This document shows positions 38,615-49,289 of a DNA stretch of 64,000 nt, in pieces. Source of the DNA: Octopus sinensis (taxonomy: Eukaryota); contig NW_021832602.1 of assembly GCF_006345805.1 (NCBI RefSeq), positions 1-64,000 on the forward strand, in the 5' to 3' direction. The notes under the pieces are model-generated. The model saw only the letters and a program-made list of their open reading frames with translations, was not told the DNA's origin and ran no database searches. The stretch's first letter is position 1. Every line of letters begins with the position of its first letter. Made by a program: the position numbers and the translations under genes.

Positions 38615-39779
38615 ATGAGAAAAAGGCAAAGTGTTGATAAATATGGATTTATTAATTCAAAAAATGTGCTTTACGAGTACATTTTAAACTTAATTTGAAG
38701 AAGAAAAATATCACCAATTCTTATCAAATGGAGAGAATTAAATTGGTTTTCAATGTTTAAAAAACCCAATAAATCTGCGAAAAAGGCTTAAATTTATATT
38801 TTTAATTCTCAGGTAATTCGTTGCAAAAAAGGAATTCCTAACTCCCTACGTTCATTGGCATGGTACAATCTGTTAGGAATTGACGAACTTCGTAGTCAGT
38901 ACTCATCTAATTATTTTGTAAATTTTTAAAAGCATTTTATAGGAACTATTATGTGCAAAGGAGTCCGAATATTCTCACGTTATTTGTCTTGATATCAACA
39001 GAGAACTTACCAACCATATTTACTTTCAGAAAAAAGAATTTGGGTAATTAATTTATTAATACTATATACATTACTATAGACCACAAGTAATGTATTCAAT
39101 CCTTAACGCATTTGCCAATCACAACACTGATATTGGATACTGTCAAGCGCAAGGACCACTTGCTGCAATGCTGATTACACAATTGCAACCAGAACCTGCT
39201 TTTTGGGCCTTGATCAGTATTTGCGAGAATATATTAAAAGGATACTATTTGCCTAATTTCGTATTTTCCCAATTAATTCATCGTAGACCACTGAAATACA
39301 AGATGTCAAGATACTGTTTTTACTTGTAAAGCAACATTTTCCATCTACTTACGTTAAGTTAGGAAAAGTATATACGTGAATAAAAAATTACTTTAGAGCA
39401 CTCTTTCTTTTATTCCAGATGTCCTCTTCATAGAATGGTTTTCTTGTGCACTCGTTCGAACACTCCCGTGGCCGACAATGCTAAGAATTATGGACATGTT
39501 TTTCTGTGAAGGTATTCTTATTTTCCATTTGTAGGTAAAGTTGTTATATTCCGAGCATGTCTTGCATTGATTAAAATAGCAGTTAACAATAACAAGGCTA
39601 CGGAAAAATACTGCGACGAAGATATCTTTCAAACATTCAAAAATATAGCTCCTAATCTTCTTAGCGAAGAATTGTTCCTCAACGAGGTTTGTTGTTTGAG
39701 TATTTATTCTAATTAGTATTTTAATATTAAATTGAAAATGAACCAAATCAATAGATTAGCAAACCAAATAAAAAGGTGA
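38615..39779 (+). CDS. TBC1D10: Rab-GAP TBC-domain protein, TBC1D10/EPI64-like, multi-exon
   Basis: DKYGF, KGIPNSLRSLAW, CLDINR, GYCQAQGPLAAML, AFWALISICE, EWFSC..RTLPW.TMLRIMDMFFCEG; start may lie further upstream. Confidence 0.8.
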
Positions 39780-39919
39780 GACAATAATTTTTTTGTAAAA
39801 TAAATGTTTTATCATCTTTCTTTTAAAAAAATTAAGCATGATTCCATTAATTATACTGTTGATATTTTTCTAGTTTTTATATTAATTTTAAATTTAATTA
39901 AGGATGATTAATTATTCTA

Positions 39920-41298
39920 TGTCACCGGCCGTAGGCTGGACGACGCCGTTCGTTGGACACTTTCAAAATCTCATTTATTTCAATTTTGCTCCTATAAAAC
40001 ATACCTTAATTTTTTCCAAGTCCCATTTTAAGCCTATTTTCGATGAATTTGGTGACTTTTGAGAAAATAAGAGAGCTAACAAAACCAACCACACCGTTTT
40101 TTCTACGATTATTGATTAAAATTCATAATGTTTATTATATTTCGAGGTTTACCATTTTAAAATAATACTTTTTAATAGTTATAAAATCGAATTTATTTGT
40201 AAAATTTATTAAATAAAATAGACGTTGGTCTCCTAACAGCAATTTTAGAGATGACCAGTACAGATTTCTAAAGGGAACCCTAACCAAACCTTAATTGCTG
40301 CACACGTATTACTTCTTATCCAGCTTAGGCTTTCAGGTAGTAAGTCCAACCTAAACCAATTGGCCTACGGCCGGATTTTTTTGGAATCCAACTATTCCCC
40401 TATGCGGCCTTCGGCCGCGGTGTGTAGTTTTTAAAGTCCAACCTAAACTAATTGGCCTACGGCCGGATTTTTTTTGGAATCCAACTATTCCCCTATGCGG
40501 CCTTCGGCCGCGGTGTGTTTGCTTCTTATTTTAAGTTGAAAAACTTTTTATACAATTTTTAAAATTTTATTAACCAAAATTTAAACTAATCGTTTGAGTC
40601 TACTAATGTGAATGGATTCAATTTCTGTTCCATTTTCATCTTTTAACACATATCTTCTTAAGTCAATTAGATCTATGAGATAACGATCTCGTGGTTCATA
40701 AGCTATAATAGGAGTAATAGTTGGTTTAGTGGCCATCAAACGCATCGCCTATATTGCTCATAAATATTAAACCTGGCAAACTTCACACCGGCTTACAACA
40801 GTAAGGACCTCTTTTCTCGTAATCGGATAAATTTCTTCACAGAGTTTGGAATAAAGCCTATCACGACCAAAATGATTTAAATTGTGTTCAGCCTACAAAA
40901 TTTGATTTTATATTTACCTCAATTGTTTTCATCTTAAATTCATTTTGTTCGATAGTGAAGAATCTTAGTTTTTTACCATTTTTCAGAATGAAAATCACAG
41001 ATTGCTCATAAATAAAATTTTTTGAGAGAACGTATTTTAAAACGTTCTTTCCTCTGTGTTTCATCTTCTATCAAACCAGTTTCAATATAATTAATTAATT
41101 TTTCAACAAAGGATTGCAATAGATACAACAAAACCATTCTCACACGCGATTCTTAATTTAAACAAAAATTAGGAATATTTAATAAATTATTTAAATAATT
41201 TTGATTTTTTAATGGAGATTATTATTGTAAAAATATTTTTAATTAAAATATTGCTTAGTGTCCACTCAACGGCGCCGTCCATCCTACGGCCGGTGACA
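39920..41298 (-). mobile_element. Ginger2/Tdd-like DNA transposon (KRBA2/SCAND3-type integrase), internally deleted
   Basis: 42-bp TIRs TGTCACCGGCCGTAGG... (37 of 42 match); EHNLNHFGRD..CEVCQ zinc motif then KPTITPIIAYEPRDRYLIDLIDLRRY; DDE core missing; no TSD seen. Confidence 0.8.
40342..40518. repeat. Two ~85-bp direct repeats (period 92) carrying the TIR motif CCTACGGCCGG and a GCGGCCTTCGGCCGC hairpin
   Basis: Copies at 40342-40425 and 40434-40518. Confidence 0.9.
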
Positions 41299-41299
41299 T

Positions 41300-42100
41300 T
41301 TCCGGCAGCTTGAAAGAATTGATCAACCTCGGCCATCATCCTCATTACAATGCCTTCTTTCCGAGCAAATACTTTTAGGTCGTCTACAAATAACAAGTGG
41401 TTCGTTGAGTTTACCCGAGGACTCTTGCCTGACTTGTTCACGAGCACATTTGGGATTTTTGCATTCAATATTCTACTCAGAGGACAAGCACAATAATTTG
41501 CGGCGATAAAGAATTACCCTGCAGTGTCCCTCTCTCTATTCTCACTTCACCAATCTCTTTTTGGTTGAATTTTATCTCGGTCTTCTATTTCGTGACAGGT
41601 TCCTTTATAAAATTTACAATCCAACATGGGAGGCCGGAATTATCAGAGTCAAAGGCTTTTTTTACACCAACCCGCGCGGAAAGCTGAATTTTTTACTTGT
41701 TTCATGATTTGCCGGGTTTGTTCACAATTTTTGTCTCATCCTGGATGCAGGTGAGAACTCTAAATAAGTCTCCTTTTTTGGCCTTCCGGTATCCATATTG
41801 GCTTAAAATGTCTCTCAATTCATTGCTGAATGATTTACTCGTTTTGTCATTATTAGTGTGGCCAACTCGATTTCTTTCCTAAGTTTGTCAAGCTTGGCGT
41901 TCATAACTCCGATCCATTCACTTCTTTTACTGACGCCGTGGGTCCGTACGTCATATGCTCGTTGGCCAGCATAGAGGAGTCAGCAATGTCATTGAGATTA
42001 GTCGGTCTATTTTGTTTCATAAATTTCTTAATCGAGGGATTTATATCAATCAAAATATCTTTATTAAGAAGTTGATAAGGAACTTTCCTGGTCAGCGTCC
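41300..42100 (-). mobile_element. R4/Dong-like RT fragment truncated by the Ginger TIR
   Basis: KKAFDS, QGNSLSP, NHLLFVDDLKVF. Confidence 0.75.
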
Positions 42101-42369
42101 GCGAATCACATAGAATTAATTTTACTTGTCCATTTGGAAATTAAACTCAATTGAGCATTCACTAAAATATATATGATTTTATAATAATTGAGTAACTTTC
42201 AGCTTTAAAGTCATTTAGGCTCCTCGGTATTAATATTCATAGCATTTTCGAGGAAGCAAAAAAGTAATTTATTAAGGTTCCGCTTGTGCCGTATTTTTCT
42301 TTAGATTAAATTATCATTATCCGAAAATAAAATTTAAATAAAGTTTCAAAAGTTTCTTGCGGACCCCAG

Positions 42370-42383
42370 GTTGAGAACCACTG
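42370..42383. mobile_element. Solo hAT/Charlie-type terminus
   Basis: GGACCCCAG-GTTGAGAACCACTG, reverse complement of CAGTGGTTCTCAAC; partner end not found. Confidence 0.4.
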
Positions 42384-42468
42384 ATCTGAACATTTGTAGA
42401 AAAAAATCATCGTTATTTAAAAGAAATAAAATATTACTATTAAAGTCTTTTAATCGTTAGTGAGAAAA

Positions 42469-44165
42469 CTAGCCTTGACCAGCGATGGATAATTCGAATT
42501 CAAGCAGCTCCTTGTTCCTCACAGCAAGCATTTCGTTTGTGTACAGCAGTGCCATATTATTCTTGAGGTACATATTCCTCCAGAACTTAAGTTTTATGGA
42601 AGAAACAGTGGGAAATATGACTGTGGGACAACATTCGTCCAAATAAAGAGGATTTCGATAACTATCCAGACGGGAGTTAAAGTACGACCAGAGTGAAACT
42701 GTCCGAATCTTGGCTTCCGCGAAAACCATGGCCGATTCAGAATTGAAGATAAACGTACCAAAGTGTGCTGAAAAGCTGTGCTTAGTGATGTCCAACAGAA
42801 AAGTTTCATTGAACTGAAACACATTGGGGAACTGGCAAAGTATTTGCCATACACAGTCCATAAACAGTACAAAATTATAAGATCTCCGTGAATCTGAATA
42901 AACTGGCATCCCATGTCCATGACGAACTGCAAAATTTGAGCCGAAATAGAGCCACTCCTTTTCAATCAGCACTTCAAATCCGTGAAGAGTGCGATAAAAT
43001 GGATCCAACATGAGCATTGCAAGAGATGTTAAAAGAGGATTGCGATCACCACTGTCCGAACTGTGAACAACCACTGACTGACGACTGTGCTCTACAACCA
43101 TCGCAAGTTTAAGAGCTCCTTCCAAGAATTGTGAGACGTAGGAAAGCCACTGAGATTTGTCCAGCCGAGAAAGAAACGAGCACTCCTCAAGTGGTGGAGA
43201 TAAGGCAGTCTTTAGTTTTTTGAAGCTTTCTCTGACCAGATGTATGTTGGGAGTGCTCAAAAATGACAACTGGCAACTAGGATAATATTCGGGACTCTCG
43301 AATCCTCCACCCTTCGCTGTTTGAGCTGATGCCGTGTTCTGTGAGCGGGCGTCGAAGATATGTATGTAGTGCGATTGAGTGTTGGCGTCGAGGATAGCTT
43401 GCATCGTTTCCTCATCCTCCACACACCTTTGCCCTGATGGGCCCATCTGAGGTTGTCCACTCCGCGATATGGTCGCCTGTGTACGTGGGTGGATCCAAGA
43501 AAGTGTGGGAAAACACCCGCATGTACGGAATTTTGCGGAACTTTTCAACTTGGAGTCGGAGATCTCAACCGGGACTGCAAGAATAGAAGGATAGAGGTCG
43601 CAGACTTCAAAACTAAAGTAAAAGAAGAAACCTACTTTTCATTTATAGCCGAAATACGCCAAATGTCATTTGGAATTCCGAGTCTGCCCAATTCTCTGGC
43701 AGGAACATACACTTCCCACCCATTAAACGAGTATTTGTCGTCCAAGTAGAAAGCCCACAGACTAATCGTATCGTTGACAAGAGGAAAGGCCAGTTTGTTT
43801 ACAAGCTCGTAAAACTCCCGACCTGAATTCGTTTTTGGCTGAGAAATGAATTTGAACGAGCTAGTGTCTTTGCAATCAATAAAGACAGTGACAGCTTCAG
43901 AAGAAAGGTCGGATGAATGCGACGAAATTTCTACATTTCCAACGAGTCCAAGGGGAATCTCAAATTTGTGTATACCCTCATTTAGTTTAGAGACAAATAT
44001 TATTCGGAAGTTAGTTAAGGCCAAAGTCCCATTGAACCGATGTACTGGATGAACATGAATCATGTTGGGAAATGTTGATATTTCCTTTTCATGATTATAA
44101 AATATGTCTTCTTCGTACAAATCTATCAAGTTCCTAGTTGGTTTCATTTCACGTAACATTTCCAT
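42469..44165 (-). CDS. Myotubularin, MTM1/MTMR1/2-like, with catalytically dead P-loop; one 23-nt intron (43613-43635)
   Basis: PH-GRAM (GTLALTNFRIIF, GWEVY), FEVCDLYPSILAVP, RSGQPQMG, IFDARS, GGGFES, LDPFYRTLHGFEVLIEKEWL; P-loop HSSDSGDRN instead of HCSDGWDRT. Confidence 0.9.
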
Positions 44166-44278
44166 CTTGAATTATTTATTAATAATTTATTACATTTTTG
44201 AATTAATTTTATTGCTATTTAAATAACCAAATTCATTTTTTGTATTTAAACTTATTTGTTTAAAATTAATATAACTAC

Positions 44279-47070
44279 TTGGACTTGATTCCAACAACCT
44301 TGCTAAAGCACCTTGGTCCCATCGGAATTGATGCAGTGACAAACATTTTCAACTATTCTGTTAACCAGAATCAAATACCAAATATATGGAAAAATTTTCT
44401 TATACGCCCAATTCTCAAGCCGGGCCGACCGAAGTACGTCCCCTCCTCCTATAGACCCATTTAACTTTTATGTTCAATTGCAAAGATTCTTGAAAAACTA
44501 ATTCTCGATTTGATCACCCCTATTCTTCCCCTTACATACACTAGGTGCAAAAAAAACCGTTTTTTCGAAATATCAAAAATTTACTATGCAACTATATTGT
44601 TTTTATTAAATAATTGAATAATTTATCATTTTTTAACACTGGTTTTATTTTTATATTTGAACTTGTAATCATTTTTACTTAACAAATTATAACTAACAAA
44701 AAATCAAACGCAATAAAAAACCGTTTTATTTTTGATTATTTAAAGTTAGTATTCAATATGGTCCCCTTTTGCCTTAAAAAGCTTTTGTGCTCTATTCGGC
44801 ATGCTTTCGATTAATTTTTTTTATAAAACTAATCGGTATTTCGTTCCAAATATTTTTGATTTTTTCTTTCAATTCCGAAACATTCTTTGGATGAAAGGTG
44901 TTTAATTCTTTCTTCATATGACCCCATATATGTTCGATCGGATTTAAATCCGGTGATTGAGGTGCCCATGGTAAAAGGTTTACTTTCTTTTCTTGAAAAA
45001 ATCGCATAGTCATCTTGGAAGTATGACATGGTGCCATGTCTTGTTGGAAAATAAAGTCACTAAGCTCCATTTTTTTGCAGATTCCCATAAATGGTTACAT
45101 AGTGTGTTGATATGAAGTGCGGAATTCATATTCCCGTGTATAAAAGCAAGCGAGCCCATTCCGTAATAGGAAAAACAGCCCCAGACCATAACTTTCCCCC
45201 CAACAAATTTTACAGTAGGCGAAAGGTTGCTATTTTGAAGGTCTGTATTGTTTTTCCGATAACAATATTGCCGTTTTTTAATATTAAAAACTTCGAAACT
45301 GCATTCGTCACTGAAAATTGTCCTCATCCATTCAGTGTTTGGCACAGTAATGAAATGCTTTGCCATGTTATAGCGTTTTTCACTATTTATTTTGTTCAAT
45401 AATAGTTTTTTTCTACATACACGAGCATATATTTGCTCCCTTCTTAAATAATTTTATGGATCTTTTACCGACTGTTCTTCCGGTTATTTTACGGAGATCA
45501 TTCCTTAAGCAATCAGTTTTTTTGGGGGGGTCCTCTTTAACCAGGTTGAGTAAAATAAGGATATCGTCCTTATTAAGAATTTTTGGTCTCCCCGAACCTT
45601 TCATTCTTTCAGTCGTACCATATTTAATGAATTTTCGGATGAAATCAGCGATAGCTGATCGCGGGATATTAAGCTCGTCAGATATTTTTTTAGTGGTCCA
45701 ATTTAACGCATTCAAGCTTAGAATCTTTCCTTTTGTTATTACATCAAGCATTCGTAATTTTATCGAGGGTTAAAATTCTAAAAAAAGTAAAAAATGTCAC
45801 ACTCACCAGAATAAACGGTTTTTTATTGCGCTCGTGTAATTAAAATTTTTAATTTAGACATATAACACAACACAAAAAAAATATAACAAAATTGATTTAG
45901 GGTTAATTTAATGATCCCTTTCGATATCGACAAAGAAAAATCACGGTTATCTTTGCAAAATATGCCGTATTTAAAAAAACGGTTTTTTTTGCACCTAGTG
46001 TACATCTAACATGGCTTCAGGAGTAATTTCTCTACCTCGACACATCTTATTTGCAACTAGACCTCATCTCAAATCAATTGTGTGCTCACTCGATCTTTAG
46101 AAGGCCTTTGATTCAGTCTCCAGAAAGATACTGACTCAAAAAATATTTGGCCTATCCATCAACTCGAACATAAAACTTTGGCTTTCGAACTTCCTCAGCG
46201 GAAGGAGAGGGCGTGTATGCCTGAATGGAATCAAATCAATCTCAAGATTACTTCCAAATGGAGTTCCCCAAGGCTCCCCCTTTCTCCTGCTCTATTCAAT
46301 TTATACCTATCCGACATTCCTAACCCTGAAATGGAAGACTCAATGGATCACGTGATCAAGATCTCTCGAAAGCTTCCAAAAGAGCACAAGATCTCTTATT
46401 ACAAATTCGAACTTGGCTATATCAAAACAGGATGAACATCTCACCCGAAAAATCGTCCACTACCTTATTTACGTCGGACAAGAGACTCGGAAGCCGTACT
46501 GTTGATCTTTTTCTGGACAACGAAAAGATCCCATTCACGAAGAACCCTAAAATTATGGGGTCACTTTTGACACACATATGTTTTACTCCCTATCTAGAGA
46601 AGGCCATCCGATTCAATCAGGGAAAGATTGGACTAATCATATCGATATTTGGCGGACTAAAGAAACCGTTCCCGGCTCTCGGCACTCTCTACAAACAATT
46701 TATCGAACCGACAATTGGCTATGCCTGCGCCGCATGAGGTACTAATCTCTCATGGTCTAACCGCCTTAAAATTGAGACTACACTATGCCGAGCCGCGGGT
46801 AGCATAACGAAAATTTCCAACTTGAACAACATTATCCCAAGTCTGCTTGACCACCTTATTAAGAAAGATGGAAAGGGCTTCTTAGCCATCCAATAGGACC
46901 ACCTGCCAAAAGACCAAGACCTTAGCAACCAGAAGCACATCACCCCGATTCAATTCCTCACAAAAACTGCTCCCCGCCCTTCCCGCACTTGCGTTGGGTC
47001 CAGAGTCCGACATCGGGAAAACCTGAGAAAGATCTTGAGGATTGTTGGAATCACCTAATTTATTACCCTA
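44279..47070 (+). mobile_element. Jockey/I-group RT, interrupted by a Tc1
   Basis: PILKPGRP..SSYRPI, HGFR..ST, DL.KAFDSV, LSPALFNLYLSD, SPEKSSTTLF, YKQFIEPTIGYA. Confidence 0.85.
44539..46000 (-). mobile_element. Tc1 DD34E element with TA TSD and bipartite TIRs
   Basis: TA|CACTAGGTGCAAAAAAAACCG...|TA; GSGRPK, IFSDE, FQQD-34 aa-E (DLNPIEH); about two frameshifts. Confidence 0.95.
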
Positions 47071-48188
47071 ATTAACTTTTGGTGATTCTTGGGCTAAATA
47101 AAAAAAGCATATTACTCAGAAAAACCTGTCGAGAGATATGACATGTTGTGTTACACATAATTCTTCATGACCGATGACATAGCGTTGTCAAATAATAACA
47201 TACTTTTTTAGCGGATTTCAGACTGGTAAGTAACCACTGATGTATTATGAGAATATCGATTTTCTTAAAAATGAAATACTTTTTAATGATTTAAAGGAGA
47301 TATGCAATGATTATTCCCCACTCGCTGATGTTATTAGTGAAATTGAGTCAAAAAGCTTTTCTAGAACAATAAAATAATTTACATATTTATTAGTCATGCG
47401 GAAGTGTACTCGATTATCTTTTGAGGAAAAGTTAAGAATTTTAAATTTTATTAAAAATAAGGCTTTGCGTTTAAATCGAATTGCCTCAATTTTATCGACT
47501 CTTTTGAAGAATAAAATTTCTAGAAGATGAAAATATGTACAATAATGGCAAAACTGGTGTTTTTTTACAAAAATGTTCTTTCAAAAAGCATTTGGTTAAA
47601 AACTCGATCTGGAAATAAAATCCTTAAAGACGATTGAAACTTCACTAATCATTAGTAGATTTTCGCTATTTTTGTGTACAAATATACAAATTTGTGTCAG
47701 ATAAGAAAATTTCATTATGATTGGGGAATGTCAGAAACCAAATTGATCAATCAATTAATCAAAAATATGATGTTTTCTAGAAAAGCAACATTAAACGATT
47801 ATTTTAGTCTAAATTAGTAATTTCCCTCTTTATTTTGAAAAATGATGATTTTTATTATTATTTAGTTTAAATATTTTTAATGCCGTGAAAATTTTATTAT
47901 GACTTAATTATGTAAATTTTATCTTAAATTATTTAATTAAGAATCCAGATCGTGAGTGATTTCTCTTATTTGCTTGGAAGGAGAGTTTGTCGCAGAATTC
48001 CCTTCATTTTCCTTTTCTGCATCAAAGTAATTGTTCAGATGAGTGTTCTCTCGGCATGCTAGTTCCACAAATTGATTGACAGTATAGGCGTACTTTTCAA
48101 TGTCTACCTTCACTCTGTATCTGTGTTCAATGAGCATACCTTCCAACGTTCTCTTCAGCACAACCGACTGGATGTATGTACTCGTTAA

Positions 48189-49216
48189 GCGACAACTCGC
48201 CTGTAGACGAGTTGTAAAATAGCAATCTACTTCAAATTCATGAAAATTTTCACATGCTAATTGTCCACTCATTCACAAAACTATCCAGTTTATGATATTT
48301 GTAATAATTATAAGAGCAAGACATTGTAATTTCCGAAATGAAAATTACAGCCAAATACATTAGACGACGAAAAAACTGATTTTGTGGAGTTAATTAACCC
48401 CTTTTCAAAATCAATTAAAATACTTGCTGGTGAAGTAACAAGTGTCTTTATTTCTTCAAATAATGCACAGTAAGCATTTTGTGTTTTGTTGAGCAAAGGA
48501 GCGTGCACAAGAGGCCAGAATTTACCTAAATATTTTCCTTGTATTGTAATCATTTGTTCGAATTGATTAGGCACGCTTTTAAGGGTACCATCAATAACCC
48601 AGACATCTGATTTTCTCAAAATGTCAATCTGATAATCCGAACAAAAAATGACGTAACGATTTATACATCATTAATTCCGGAATTCGTGCGATAAAAAATT
48701 TCGCCCCGATCATTATACCACAAACTTTCAGGAATTTCAGGAATGGTCGGAACAAAATTTGGTATCAGTGTTTCTCTTTCCCTTTGAACGAGACGAGTCA
48801 ATGAACGTTCCTTTGGCAGGATTTTAATGACGTCAACATGGGCTCCAATGAGGCTTCTTGACACCACATTCATAGTTCTGTCTTCTGACGCCTTTGCGGC
48901 ATCTTTCAGGTCAGAAACTAGTTTCATGCTTTTTATCTCATGATCCTCAAAGGAGCCATGATTATGAACATTTGTTTGTACTCAACTTGTTTTGAGCATC
49001 CACCGTGCACCTCGCCCTGCATTCTCGATTTCTGCACCTCCAATAGGTAAGACCGTCTTTTTTTCTATCTGTACCTCTTTGAAAAGTTTGCCACCTCTTT
49101 GACTTTTAAGCAGTTCAATAAGGATTAAATTAAAAAAATTGTTAAAATTTTAATTATTTAGATTTAATCTGGTAAAAATAAAACTTTTAATTTATTTTAA
49201 GTAGGCGAGTTGTCGC
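48189..49216 (-). mobile_element. Mutator-like (MULE) transposase remnant with FLYWCH-like N-terminus
   Basis: WVIDGT.KSVP..F.Q, LIDFEKGLINS, GCNFHFG; 14-bp inverted repeats GCGACAACTCGCCT (48189-48202) / AGGCGAGTTGTCGC (49203-49216). Confidence 0.85.
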
Positions 49217-49289
49217 ATAGCCCACAACCGAATGTCCTTTCAATTTCCTGCTTCGTTTAATTTCATACATTCAACATAAGTGAAGATAG

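Noticed and set aside
47050-48180. Additional hAT remnant and the 47937-48272 ORF
   Set aside because: Only faint motif hints, and the ORF start lies within the MULE end; not enough support for a call.
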